DNA of 64,000 bases, taken from Octopus vulgaris (lineage: Eukaryota). A program made the position numbers and the translations under genes. The stretch spans positions 54,250,001 through 54,314,000 of the forward strand of contig OX597823.1 in the NCBI GenBank assembly GCA_951406725.2. Direction: 5' to 3'. This document shows positions 47,814 to 62,300 of this stretch, piece after piece (within the stretch, counting starts at the first letter, position 1; every line of letters begins with the position of its first letter). The notes beneath the pieces were generated by a model. It did no database searches, was not told the DNA's origin, and saw only the letters and a list, made by a program, of their open reading frames with translations.

Positions 47814-49061
47814 AATCTTTATTCTCTCCAACACCGTTGACCGTTCATCAATATACCTGGTTGTTTCTGAAAAGAGAAGACAAGCAATCATCAAATTTAG
47901 CTTGAATACCTAATGTGTATACACACAGACATGTGCGCGCGTGGGCATTATAATCCTTATCCCATCGGTCTCATTTGAAATCGATAGAATCAGGCTTAAA
48001 CCTTTCAAGACGGTGCCCCAGCATGGCTGAAACAAGTACAAAGATAACGTATATCTGAGTGTGTGAAATCCGTGAAAATGTGGAAATACACTTCAGAGAT
48101 ATAAATAAAAGATAACTACCTTCTTTTGAACGACGGCATTTTCTCAAAATTAAGGGCGAGAAGCTTATCGACTGTCAAAATATTTCAACTGAAAATCACT
48201 GACAGGGTCACGGAATGAGAAAAAGGAATAGTGGTGAAGCGAGAGAGAGAGTGAGACAGAGACAGGCAGACAGAGACAGAGAGGCGAGATAATGAATAGT
48301 AATTTATTAATTTGCAGAACAAAATAATGCTGAATTATACGACCTTTTTCTCTTTTTGTCTCAATGAAACTTTACAAAAAGTTTATGAAATATGTGCGTG
48401 GGAGACACAACAATATTTATGAGTCTATTTATACAGTGAGAGATTTCTTAGAATAGGCCCATCATCCATTCCTATATATCAAACCAACATTTGAAACACA
48501 CGTACACATTATATATATATATATATATAATACCATTATTATCTTTTATTATTATGTCTGGTTCAGTGTAGTAATCAGTGTCGGGGCAGTCTCTGACAAC
48601 AGCTTGTGTCATGTGAGAAATACTTCTAACACAAGTTAGTTTCTCGCTTGGAACAATATAGGGCTACTGTTTGTTTGAATTACTTTCCTTTTTCAGTTAC
48701 AGTCGATATACTCAAACCTTATTCAACTATGTCAACGGTAGGTGTTTTTATATATTATATATATTTATTTTTTCTTCTGTTTATCTTATTTACAGCTGTG
48801 TCTTTGTTACTATGAGATTGATTACCCCGCCTTTTTTTTTCCTCCCTTTTTTTTTTTTTTTTCTGCATAACTGTATTTTCTATTACCGAATAAATCACGA
48901 CAAATTTCCATATCGATCTACTTTTCTACTTTCGGGTGATTCCAAATAAAATATTCCAGAATTCAAACAAGATGCATTGAAATGCATTGCTAAGATTCAA
49001 ACTTCACTTATTTAAGTGTGCTTTTGTTATTTTTTTCCAAGTCAATAGCTAGAATTTGAAG

Positions 49062-49114
<53 letters not shown>

Positions 49115-49231
49115 CATACATACATACATATATATGTATAATGTATGTGTCTATGTCGAGTTATAATAAAAACAATTTTACATTAGACCACATTTATCAA
49201 ATTCATATTATGTTTTTACTAGAATAGAGTT

Positions 49232-49275
49232 GACAGGGACTTCGAAGTTTTGGCCCGCTTAGCCTTCATCGAACT
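49232..49275 (-). ncRNA. Decayed hammerhead motif, same family as 56545-56665
   Basis: agt-TCGATGA-A-GGCT(aagcg)GGCC-AAAAC-TTCGAA-GTC-cctgtc in a short element between TA arrays. Confidence 0.5.
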
Positions 49276-49322
<47 letters not shown>

Positions 49323-50362
49323 TGCAAGGATACATTATCCAAGGAACCTGGGATTTTTTGGGATCTCAGTAAATATTTGCATAATATACTGATGGTTAGC
49401 ATTCATTTAAGCGGAGCCCATCCATCCCCCCACCACAAAAATATGTATTCCTATTTCTTTACTACCCACAAGGGGCTAAAAACAGAGAGGACAAACAAGG
49501 ACAGACAAACGAATTAAGTCGATTATATCGACCCCAGTGTGTAACTGGTACTTATTTAATCGACCCCGAAAGGATGAAAGGCAAAGTCGACCTCGGCGGA
49601 ATTTGAACTCAGAACGTAGCGGCAGAGGAAATACCGCTAAGCATTTCGCAAAGTGATGTTTATATACATTCTTCTTATTAAATACATACATATATATGTA
49701 TGTGTTTGAAGGCTCAAAATTGCATTGATAACTGATAACTGATGAGTATTTGACGACCTTCTGTGTCTCCGTTTGTTCGTGCCTTTATTATATGTTGTTT
49801 TTTTTAACTCACACACTCACACACACAAATACACATTCACGCAAATGAAGCTCCCATTTCATTATGCCGGCTACCGTCTAATGATACTGAGTAGTGAGTC
49901 AGTTTTTCGGGGTTGGTTCATGGTTACACTGGTGTAATGTAGGATAAATTTAATAATAACAATAATTCTAGGATGCGGACTATACAGTACTCATCCCAAG
50001 GATACGGACTCTGATGTTAAAATCATGTGATTTGTGGAAACGCGCGTAGCGATGTATTAGATGTTTATATGTATATATATGTTTATAAATTAGAAAAAAA
50101 AACACCTTTTATCAATTCAATAATGAAAAATTAAATTATACCATTTAGAAAATTACATATTATAGAAAGATTAAATATAAGATAAAACATCTTATATCAT
50201 ATCTATATTATATTTTGTGAAATTTGATTTAGTATTTCTAAATTGAATTTTTCCCTGTAAGTTTGGAATAATATTCCCTCATATATATATATATATATAT
50301 ATATATACGTATATATATGTATGTATATATATATGTATGTATATATATATGTATGTATGTGT

Positions 50363-50399
<37 letters not shown>

Positions 50400-50569
50400 A
50401 ATTGAGATAGGGGTTGTAAATGCAACCCTCCATGGGATAACATATATCCAGTATACTGCCAGTGAAGTACCCAACAAAGTTAATACATAAATGTTAAGAA
50501 TTACGATGCAATTATTTCATTTACTGTTATTATATGGGCAAATGTAAAGTGATTTACCACAAATTCATA

Positions 50570-50758
50570 ATACAAAATAAGAAAATGGAGAAATACATCG
50601 AAATCAAATATCAATTACCAGATAATACTCAATCACATACTTTATTAAACCACCACATAAGAAACTATAAGGTTATGTGGTGGTTTAATAAAGTATGTGA
50701 TTGAGTATTATCTGGTAATTGATATTTGATTTCGATGTATTTCTCCATTTTCTTATTT

Positions 50759-50763
<5 letters not shown>
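50570..50763. repeat. Perfect inverted repeat, 91-bp arms, 12-nt spacer
   Basis: 50570-50660 is the exact reverse complement of 50673-50763. Confidence 0.97.
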
Positions 50764-50792
<29 letters not shown>

Positions 50793-53700
50793 TGTATATA
50801 TATATATATATGCATGTATATATACATATATATGAATGTATATATACACACACACGTACATAGATGCAAAAGATGGTGGGAAAAGTACTCGAATGCTAAA
50901 GGTAAAGTGTGTGTGTGTGTGTGTGTGTGTGCGTGTGCGCGCGCGCGTTAAGGTTTGTCATCAAAAAAGAAAGAGAAAGATCTCATTTCCAAGTGGAATA
51001 TAATATTTCATAAAAATAACCAAATGAGATTTTTCTCACAAACCTAGTTTCCCTACAATTGAAATAGTGGAACTCGAGTTACTAAAACAGAAACTGTTTA
51101 TATTATGCTTTATTATCTATCTGTCTGTCTGTCTGTCTGTCTATCTATATGCTCATATACATTTACAAGCACACACATATTTATAAACACACACATTTAT
51201 ATGAACACACACACACACACATTTTATAAGCACACAAACATGTTTATACACACACCTATTCATCTATCCACCAGTCATCTACTGAAAAGGAAAGATACAC
51301 TTTCGTTTTTAATGCTTTATTTTTACCTTCATTTTACAATAGACAATATAGACTATAGTGTATGTTGACAAAATAGACTATAATGTATGTTGACATTTTT
51401 GTAATTTTACAGGCGGGTCTCATCAGGTTATCAGGATGAGTAATTGCAAGCGGAACAACTCTTTACTGATTTATTTCAGTTATATAATATGTGAGATTAA
51501 GGAAATGTCTCCATTAGAAAATAAATAAATAAAAAAAATGAAGAAAAATTAGAAATTTATCTAGAATACATGAAGTAGAACGTTTTGAAAAATTCTCTTA
51601 TATACACATGCATATTGCATACATGTAACAGGGAATCGAATCCTGCTGCCACACATATGGCCTTCCAGTAGCCCTCACCACCACTACCATCACACGCGCA
51701 ATGAGTTTAGTAGGAGTTTGAGTTTCCTCAAACGTTGTCATTTTTTTTCCAAATCTTGATGCATTTCACATAAAAAGTTTAGTCCTTGAAAATCATCTTG
51801 GGATATAACTCGACTTACCCCACCCTTCTTTTTCTTCTTTTCTGTTTTTTTTTTTTTTTTCAAATTTTGGTTTAAAAAATTTAACTTCTATACCAGAAAA
51901 TAAGGAATATTGGTAACAAGTTAAGTTTTAATGTATACAGTTAATGTGTTTATACTGAGAAAAGTATGAAACAGAGTGCAACATGAATGCAACACTCTAA
52001 CCATTAAGCCAACAAGAACATTTTCACGCAATCATAATAAAGTTGGCAAAAAAAAAAATGAAAATTGCAATTTTTGCATCTTTCGTCCTTTGCAAAAAAC
52101 ACACAGGAAATAGATGTTCATTTGTTGATATCTATTGCTAATATCCAATTTTAGATTCTCAACAAGAAGACCATATCCACAAAGTTCCAGTGGTCATCAT
52201 CCAGATGGGTGACTTGCCCAGACTAATGATCTCTTCCTAGTCAGACGTCCCAGTTGAGCAATGCAGTATGAATGTCTGGCTTGGGTTTTAGTTGCATTAA
52301 TCTTTCACTAACTGAAATATCACATCTGTGCATGCCATGACTACAGATGATAGCTGTAGTCCACTGACTGAACTAGTTGATCCTAGCTATTGACAGTTTC
52401 TTGTTGTTAGATCATCTACTTAGCATCTGGTTATATTTGCCATTGACTCAATAAGTTCATTTGCTGAAATACTTTACATCCACCATGCTGGGTCACATGA
52501 ATTTAACGAACCCTGTCTCGAGTCCTGTCAAGGAAAGTGAAATGGGGTGGGATTATTATACTATTTATAGCTGGAACTCTGACAGATGATACTACTCCAG
52601 GTCAGAGCAGATCTCGGAACAATAGTGACAAAGCAGTGGTTCCACACTCCTCAAAACTTCCAATCCATAGCCCCATTACAGATGATGTAGTTTCAAGTCC
52701 ATTCACAGGACTAAACAGTGGTAACTAGCTCAAAATGTTGGTTTCAAACAGAACCAAGAACATGAGTGAATTTTTTCCTTTCTATTTATTTTTAACATTG
52801 CAGAGACACTGATTTTTTTTTTCTGCTGTTACTGTATTCATTGTTGTTATTCTTTCACCCCAGTTTAGCTCTGATTGAGAAGTACTACGAATTAAAGCAT
52901 TCCAACCATGATACTCCCCACTTTAAGACATAAGAAAAGGTATGACTGTGTTAGAAGTTTGCTTCCCAATCACATGGTTCTAGGTACAGTCCCACTGTGT
53001 GACACCTTGTTTCTGCTATAGCCTTTGGGCCAACCAAAGCCTTGTGAGTGGATTTGGTACATGGAAACTGAAAGAAATCCATCATATATAGACATCTATC
53101 TGTATACTATTAAAAGTGAAGTTCAATCTTGCTTGCTTGCTTGCAACATTACACAGCCAAACTGGTACATAATGGGAAAATACTTTGAAAGTAGAGTGCC
53201 CCTGAAATGTGAATACAAACAGAATAGAACAGAAAAAGTTTCGCATAAATCAGACCAGTAGTTTTTGGGGTATAAATACCCAAAACAGTGCATAATGGGA
53301 AAATACTCAGAAAATAACTTCACCCTGAAAGGGAAGAAACTCTAACCTTTCCCTTAGACTCATTATGATGGGCAAAATATTTTAAAGCAAAAATGACTTT
53401 AAAAATATGGTAAATATTTCGTAAAAAACCCATTCATAACCTCGATGTGAAATAGTTTTTTTTCCATAGGTTTCTTTCGAGTACATTCACCATATCTCAC
53501 CTCCAAAGATTTGGCTGCCATTTCTAACATACCCTTCCACCATATAACAGCTATTTGTGATAAAGGATCCGACATACCTGTTACATGGTAGCAAGGTGAG
53601 CAAGAAATAGCAGCCAAATCGTAACTTTCCAGGGAAAAGGAGTTGTTTACGGGGGATTTTGATGTGGTATTCATTGAAAGCGTGCGAAATTACATGGAAA

Positions 53701-54606
53701 ATAAAATAAAACCCGCATAACAAAACTCCGTTGCTAGGAAACTCAGACTTCTCCAGTGAAACAACTGGCCACAAGTAGTCTAGTATGTATGTATGTATGT
53801 ATATATATGTATGTATGTATGTATGTAAGTATGAGTGTGTGTGTCTTTGTGACTGTGTTTGTTGCTCACCATTTCTTGACAACCAGTGTCAGTGTGTTTA
53901 TGTCCCCATAACTTTGTGGTTTGGCAAAAGAGACTGATAGAATAAATACCAGGCTTTAAGAAAAAATAAATGCTGGGGTTGATTCATTTAACTAAAAACC
54001 CTTTGATACGGTGTCCCACCATGGCAGCAGTCTAAATGACTGAAACAAGTAAAAGTTAAAAGATATGTAGGACTACATACATACACTAGCATAGCCAGAG
54101 TGAGTACTGCCTGGGATGGCCTTTCTGTTTGCTGTCCCTGAACCCCACAAAAAACACATATTGCGTATAACAGACCCAAAAGTGGTGCCCCTTTTAAAGT
54201 TCCACCTAGGGCAGACCCCACCCAGTTACACTAGTGCATACATACATACAAAATATGTGTGTGCTTGTGTACATGCATGCATATATGAGTATGGGGGTGA
54301 TGTATTGTCTATAATATAATAGAACAATATTCTATTTAAAAACTTCATGAATAACAATACAAATATGTAATTAAATTCCTTTTGTACAGATTCCCATTAA
54401 ACACTGATAGGATATTATGAACAATTTTGGTCTATACTTCACTAAAGGGTTGAACAATGAAATAATTCAGGCTTTGGTATTTTCCTTAAAATTTTGACTT
54501 CCAATCCAGCTGATTAACTCATACACCACATAGGTAGATGACCTACACAAACATTTTTCAAAAATACAATAAATACATTTCAGATTATAATTCAAATGCG
54601 CGCACG

Positions 54607-54672
<66 letters not shown>

Positions 54673-56036
54673 TATATAGAGTAGCATCTCAGTTTTCGAA
54701 CAACTCTGATTGCCAATAAATCATGCTTTATATATATACATATATATATATCAAGCAGAATTTAATGGTGATCAGAGGCATTCATAAACTGAGGTACTAC
54801 TGTATTAAATGAATATGAGAAAGATAGGAGATAAAGTACGATTTGTGATCAGAGCTGTTCAAAAACTGAGGAACTCGACTTAGGAAAGAAAACTTCGAAT
54901 GACCCAACCTTGGTTTCTTTGTATATTCTATCTGGATGTTTTGTTGTCTCATTTTTGTATCACCTAACTGTCCGGATGTTTTGCGTTCTTGTCCCATTTT
55001 GTGTTTATATATATATATACAGTTGAAAAATATCGTTATAGGTATAAATATAGCATAAACAATTATAGAAAAATGGAGGAGAAAAAGATGTTGCATCAAA
55101 ATTAGATTTAATACAAAATAGGATTCTCTTTCATCTCTCTCTATCATTATTACTGTTATTTTTTCCCTTTTACAACTTGCTTGTAAATATCTGATTTTTC
55201 CCTATTACCCCTTTTGTAAAAAAAGTACTGGAGTCAATTAATTCAACTAAAAAATTCTTCAAGGTCGTGCCCTAGCATGGTCACAGTCTAATGACTGAAA
55301 CAGGTTAAAGATAAAAGATGAGAGCCTGTACGGTTAAGATGTTTGCTACCCGACCATGTTTTATTTTAATTCTGTCCCAGTGCATGGTACTTTGGTCTTC
55401 TACTATAGTCCCAGGTTAACCAAAGAATTATGAGTAGATTTGGTACAGGGAAGAGAAGAGAGAGAAGCAGAGGGATTCTGTCTCTTCCCTTCCCCTCCTG
55501 AATTCTTCTGTCCATCTGCTTCTACTTCTCTCTCTTTTCTCCCCACGTGACCGATCAGCCTAGCCTGTTTGCTCTTTCTTTCTTGGTCTGACTGTGATCC
55601 GTGCAACATTGTTATTCTTCCCTGTGATTGTGAAAATCTTGTGTCTCTGCCGTAAGGCTTCATTTCCACATACGCACCAGCTTAATTCAATTCGTCCTTA
55701 GTTGAAAGACACCTGTTGTTATATCCTGTTATTATTTTTATTGTATTTTTTATTGTATTTATATTTGTGTAACATTGTCCATTTTTTTCTATCCTTGTTT
55801 TTGTATAAATTCGCTGCTTTCTTCCAAGGAATCTAATGCTCTTAGCTTAGTTTTTCCTTTGGGCTGGCCAGATTGGAGCAATCTCAAGAATAATCAGCCG
55901 AAATTGCAAGGATAATCTGGTGTTTGACTAAAGAAAGAAAACTTCGAATGACTCGTCCTCGTTTTCTTTGTATTGTCTATCTGGATGTTTTGTTGTCCCT
56001 TTTTGTATCACCTCATTGTCCTGATGTTTTGCATTT

Positions 56037-56073
<37 letters not shown>

Positions 56074-56544
56074 GTATTTATATATATATGTGTTTGTGCT
56101 TGTCCTCCCACCATCCCTTGACAACCGATGCTGTGGATTTCAAAACCAGTTTTATGAACTGGTTTTACCTGTTTTACTGCTTCAAGTAATTCCCTTCTGT
56201 TCTCACAAATTGTTCCGACTAAACTGCAGTTTTGTTTTGCAAGCTATAAAGGCGATGCAATTACTGAATATCTAAAATATTGTCACATGAATTTATAAAT
56301 AAAAGCAAGTGCAACTTTCAAAAGTTACCCGTGTGTCAATTGATACAAGTGGTTGGTCCATATAGGTAGCATGTGGTTTATCAATTTTACAGTTGGTGCA
56401 AACAGCCTATAATTTATAGTGTATATAGATATCATAAAACTATGAAAAGTCAAGCACCACAATGTCAAAATCTACAATAGTTTTTGACTTGTGTGCAATT
56501 AAGTTTTCAAAGTGCGTTAATTGATACACTCAGTCCTTCTTGCA

Positions 56545-56665
56545 TTAACAAGAATAGTAATGATAGTGATTTTGAAGTTTCGGCCAATTAAGCCATCATT
56601 GGACAGACCAAGGATAGCTTAGGTAGTCGAAACTTTAAAGTCACTGTCAATACTATTCTTGTTAA
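56545..56665. mobile_element. Inverted Penelope-type pseudo-LTR pair with two decayed hammerhead motifs
   Basis: About 55-bp inverted arms. Plus copy: gacaga-CCAAGGA-T-AGCT..AGTC-GAAAC-TTTAAA-GTC-actgtc. Minus copy: CCAATGA-T-GGCT..GGCC-GAAAC-TTCAAA-ATC. Confidence 0.65.
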
Positions 56666-56749
56666 AGAATAATAAATTTGTACACTACCATCAGATTAAT
56701 GTAAAATTATTTTTATTATAACTGAATATACAAACAAAAACATTAATAT

Positions 56750-57200
56750 AACAGTGAGAGGATTTCGAACCTGTCCTCAAATAAAGAGGTTTCAAATGCT
56801 GCAGCCCCATATTACAACAAGGCTTGGACAGCCAGTGAATTTAAGGATTGGATTTCTTTTATGCTGGAACCTAATACCTACAAAAGAATGCACCATTGTA
56901 AGGTCATCTGGTTTGCACCACCCTTGCTCAGCATCAAGACCTGTGTGGGAATGATCTTCTTTAGATTAATGGATAAGCATTTCACATAATCCCATAGGTA
57001 CAGTGAGTATTTAATAGACAACTTAAGAGCCTCATTCAGCTGTGCATGCAGTGTTAACAAGATTTTAGTGAATGTCCCTAAGCCATACACAAAGACAGAA
57101 TGTTCATGTAGGGTTAGCAATGAATGCCTATTGGGGGGGGGGGGGGGTCAGTGCAACTCCAAGGCAGTGATCTATGAGTCAGAGGTGGCATCTACCATTA
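56750..57200 (+). pseudogene. Penelope-like RT thumb/linker remnant
   Basis: RISNLSSNKEVSNAAAPYYNKA…KVIWFAPP…VGMIFFRLMDKHF…CSCRVSNECLLGG…CNSKAVIYESEV. Confidence 0.82.
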
Positions 57201-57349
57201 ACAGCAGCAATGGTAGCAATAGGGATGGTGATCAACCACTTCAAAGCCACAACCATGCACATCAGCCATTGAAACCAAGAACTTGTGTCCTGATGAAACA
57301 AGACACCAATTTTCCTGGATGTTTGGTTTTGATAGCCTTTCATAACTGC

Positions 57350-57987
57350 CGGCACACTGAATGGATTGTCTCTGTCTCTGGCTCAAAGAGATGAAACCAA
57401 CACTTGTCCTGAGTTAGGAAACATTCTAAGAAACCAGCTGGATCTGCCTCAAACAATGTCAGATTTTTCCGTGATGTGATAAGTATGGTGCACTTTTGGT
57501 CAAGTGTCAGAAGACTAGGCACCCAATGAGCAGAAACCATTGTCATACCTAATTTGTTGTGCAAAATATTCTCAACTCTCTCACCTGATATGCTAATAAT
57601 ATTGGCTATTTGATTTATAGTCAATTGCTTCTCATCCATCACTGTGTGGAAAACAGTCAATGTTTTTGTCAGTGGTGGCAGTTGCAGGATGTCCAGACCC
57701 TGCGTTATTTCCAGGACTCTCTCTTCCCCTCCTAAATTTAGCTGCTCATGTTTATACTGTTGATAAAGCTGGAAGATACTTGATAACCCCACAATGCCAA
57801 ATTTTGTCCATTTTCAAGAGAAGTCACTACTAGTTACTTTTGAAGTTTTCTTTGAACAGTTCGATGTCAGTTTACCTGGAAAGAAACAATCCAGTTATTA
57901 ATAAAGGGTGATGAAATTAATGCATGCAAGATTTCACAGCTCAAGCATCACTCCTTTATAGCCTATGAACTTTTCAGCCCATCCTCG
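57350..57987 (-). mobile_element. Mariner element, decayed
   Basis: TA|CGAGG terminus at 57987. Reads LTINQIANIISISGERVENILHNKLGMTMVSAHWVPSLLT…FLTQDKCWFHLFEPET. Confidence 0.88.
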
Positions 57988-58701
57988 TAAATAAATATGT
58001 TCAAACAACAGTATAAATTTATAAAGCCCTAAATTATAATTTAAAAAGAATTTGCAATGCATCTTGATACTTCTTGCAGGGCACCTCTGCAGATCACTGC
58101 TCTACATAGTCTTCGTGTCCTACTATAATTCCATTCAAATCTAGGATGCTTTATATGTATATTAACCCTTTAGCATTCAGATTACTCTGCTTAATCTAAT
58201 GCTTATTTATTCACATTTTAGGGCTTTCCTCCCCTATGCATGTGAAAATAGGATCCAATGAGCTCAGTTGAAGAAACCTTTATGGTTCAACAAAGAGGGA
58301 ATCAACTGCAGCTAAGCAATCCTGCAATTGCCTTTCCCTTGCAGAATGCAGAGAGCAAGATGAGCAAGTTAAATATTTTGGTGATCCACTGCATCTGTCT
58401 CCACCCCCAGTTGTCTTGACCTGCTCTTCCTGCTGGATCGAAGATGGCCATGGATGAGAGAGTGAGGTCAACAGTATACAACACTTGTTCACTTTAAACA
58501 ATATCACTGCACAAGTCATCAACAATCCTTAAGAATGACTAGATGGTCCTTGTTGCTTCCAACATGGAATTTTTTGGTTGACACAAAACTGTTTGTAGAA
58601 GACATTTGCCCAAAAGAAAGTGCTCTGTAGTAGATTCAAACCTGAAGCTACAGAGAGTTCCAGAGCAAACTTGTCTATTACAATATAATGCCAACACCCA
58701 C

Positions 58702-58764
58702 ACTACTACTACTACTACCATAACCACCACCACCACCACCACCACCACCACCACCACCACCACC

Positions 58765-58825
<61 letters not shown>

Positions 58826-58864
58826 ATAATAATAATAATAATAATAATAATGCTGCTGCTGCTG

Positions 58865-58902
<38 letters not shown>
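58702..58902. repeat. Compound trinucleotide array (ACT/ACC/AAT/GCT)
   Basis: Directly visible; produces the poly-T/poly-V artefact ORFs. Confidence 0.96.
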
Positions 58903-58903
<1 letters not shown>

Positions 58904-59132
58904 TATGGCACCTTGGTTCATCTAGCATTGAAACGGTCTTTGTGCATGTGTATAGAGATTGTAGAACATGTGATGTAAGTGCTATTGAAATAAATGTGTA
59001 ATTTAGACATTTTAGACATTGTGTTACAAAGGTATTCCTGCAAGAAATAGTAATGTACACAAAAAAAAAGAAAGAAATTGCGACAGGAGAACAATGAACA
59101 CCAAAGTGAACCAAACAAAGCAAAAAATGGAA

Positions 59133-59166
<34 letters not shown>

Positions 59167-59502
59167 GTTATTGTTGAATGTGTAATTATTTTATATAATA
59201 ATAAAAATAATAATAGTTACTAATGATATATACGAGGGGGTGTGCATGTTTGAGAGAAAGAAATTCACACAAGCTACAAGAAATAAATTTATAGACAGAT
59301 ATAGAGAGGAGAATATGCAGGTACAGATATAGCAGTATGGGGGTAAGAAATGTGGTTCTCAACATGATTTTAGGTTCAGTCCCACTGCACAGCACTTTGA
59401 GCAAGTGTCTTCTACTATGGCCCCCAAGGCCTTGCGAGTGGATTTAGTAAACAGAAACAGAAACAAGCCCATCACACACACACACACACACACATATATA
59501 TA

Positions 59503-59895
59503 CTAGCAGTATCGCCCGGCGTTGCTCAGGTTTGTAAGGGAAATAACTATATAAGCATTTTTAGAGATTTATAGCCAAAAAATAGCAAAAAAATGCATTA
59601 AAAATGGAAAAAAATTATGGTAAATTTTTTTAAATCGTTGACTCATCGTAGACATTTTTAGAGAGTTACTTCCCTTATATAATAACGAATAAAATGCATT
59701 AAAATGGAAAAAAAATGATGGTAAATTTTTTTAAAATCGTAGACTCATCGTAGACGCGCGCTAATACCCAGAAGGGCTCGATATGAATCACGACTATAAG
59801 ATATCCGGTTTTGGTTAAACTGCACTGCAAAATGTGGGAGTAGTTAGGAATCTAAATCGTAGGAGACAGACACACAACCTTACTTTTATATATAA

Positions 59896-59898
<3 letters not shown>
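59503..59898 (-). mobile_element. Non-autonomous Helitron
   Basis: Minus strand starts TCTTTATATATAAAAG and ends with a hairpin cctgagcaacgccggg followed by CTAG. Inserted at A|T with no TSD; internal direct repeat of about 65 bp. Confidence 0.85.
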
Positions 59899-59937
<39 letters not shown>

Positions 59938-61799
59938 TCATCATCATCATCATCATCATTTAAGATACTTCATTTCACATTGTTCCAGAACCCAGCTGGC
60001 AAAAATGAGTGGTACCTGTAATTCCAGCCTTGTCACATTCTGTGTCACACTGAATCTCCCTGAAAAAACTAGGTTAAATGTATGCGTGTCTGTGGAGTGC
60101 TCAACCACTTGGGTATTAATTTCATAAGCAGGCTGTTCTGTTGATTGGATCAACTGGAATGCTCATTCTTTATACCATTATCTACTTTGAGACCTGCTGC
60201 TAAAACCAACTGGACTAGTGTATTGTGAAATAAAGTGTCTTGTCCATGGACACAATGCACTGCCAGGAATTGAACACATGACCTTACAATTGCGAGCTGA
60301 ATACCCTAATCACAAAGCCACATGTCTTCACACACTTACACACATTACTACCACTAGGTGGATGGCCTCTTTGATCATCATTTTTACATTTACATTTTCC
60401 ATGCTAGCATGAACTGGACAAGACTTCTTGTGGTACTATTCTATGGCCAGATACCTTTTCTAATGTGAAGCATTGCTCATTTTTAGATACGGTACTTCTT
60501 TCCACTAGTCTTCACACAATGAAACCACTGAGCTGTAGGACGTTAACAAATGTACAAATGTCAACATTGCCCGAACAGTATCAATGCAAAGACACTTGGA
60601 AATACGCATATGTGCACATGCACATGCACACACATGCATACAAACACATTGAGACTCCCTTCGGTCATGACTGACTGTGGGATTGCACCTAGAAAGTTAC
60701 CCTCCCAGGCACAAGTCCGGGCAAGGTTGTTTATGGAAGACCAGCAGTCGACCATGCATACCAGCCTCCGCTCTCCATGCCACCAGAGTTATCCAAGGGA
60801 AAGGAAGAGGGTGATACAGCTTGGCACCTGTGACATCGCAACTCATTTCTACAGCTGAGTGAACTGGAGCAATGTGAAATATAGTGTCTTGCTCAAGAAC
60901 ACAACACGCAGCCCGGTCCGGGATTTGAACTTACAACCTAATGATCGTAAGCTCGACACTCTAAACCACTGAGCCATGTGCCTTCACAAACACATTATGT
61001 ATGCATAATTCTTACACCTACTAAGACACTTAGACACACACACACACATACATGCAAATGTTATGAATATATGACATATATGTATTATTATATCTAGAAA
61101 ATATGTTTTCTGATATTAGACAATTAGGGAACCTCTATATGGTCACACAACTTGCTAGTAATAGCGACCAAATCACCTTCAAATCACAGTCTGCAGTCTG
61201 TAATATAGAAAAAAATGGGTTTGTAGTCTTATATACACTTTATGTCTGAGTGAAAGTCGGGGTGATAATTACTGGAGTACTTTTGATCATGATTTTCCTC
61301 AATCAAGGATGACTTAAGATTAAACAATGAGAGACCAAAACATTCTCAAAAATATTTAGGAATGAGACTAAATATAGCTGTTCTATGGAAGTAGACTTAG
61401 GACCCAGTAGGAAAGATATCAGACATTGTCAGATACCTACATTTTTTTATTATTATTTTCTGTCTGAATTAAAACAAGCCAATAATTAGGTCGAAATATC
61501 CTGCTAATCCTTAACCACTCTCATAAGTTATATTCCTGAGATAATAACTTAATCCCATCTCGTTCAAACATTCAAGTGTTTTCTTTACAATGTTTAGCAT
61601 AGCCTACAGTTAGTCAACAGAGCATTTTTTTCTTGTTTCCTTGGCAACCATACTTTCTTTATTAATTTTGCGGGAATAAATGAAAATTGATGGCTTCATC
61701 AAGGAGATTTAACAAGGAAATATGTAATAAACATATCTAAAAATAAAAAAAATAATAATAATGATTTCTTTTATTGAACGTAAGGATGATGATGATGAT

Positions 61800-62300
61800 A
61801 ATACAATCTTCCATGCCCAAGTAAGTTGTATGACCACATTCCACTGGCCTTGGTTGAGAATGAGTGAGTGAGGCTCATGAGGAACACAACCTTCTTTACA
61901 AACATGAGTGGGGAACATAATTTTCCTGATATCAGCATTGTACATAAAGACACATGAATAGGTCATGTTAGACAGCATTGTTCCTGCTGACCAGAATTCT
62001 GAGCTCAGTGAGAGAATGAAGGTAGACAAATAACAGGAATTGATGAGCCAGGTACATGAAAATTGATGAGCCAGGCACATGAAACCAACAGTCAAAATTG
62101 TCCCTTTTATTATCAGTGTACTTGGAAGAGTTTCAAAGAATCTGGATGCAAAACCTGAAATTTTAAGCATCTCAGATATATTAGGGAGTGCACAAATGAC
62201 TGCGATGCTTGAAATGACTCATGTGTTGAGGAAGGTGTTGTGTCTCTGAGGTGCAAGCAAGAGTTGAGGTATAATTACGCACAACCTAATCATAAAAGAG
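61800..62300 (+). pseudogene. R4/Dong-like RLE non-LTR 3' fragment next to (TAA)n
   Basis: VKIVPFIISVLGRVSKNL…ILGSAQMTAMLEMTHVLRKVL, followed by CAA/TAA repeats. Confidence 0.7.

Noticed and set aside
57284-57306. gtgtc-CTGATGAAAC-aa-gacac
   Set aside because: Stems II and III are absent; at best a collapsed remnant.
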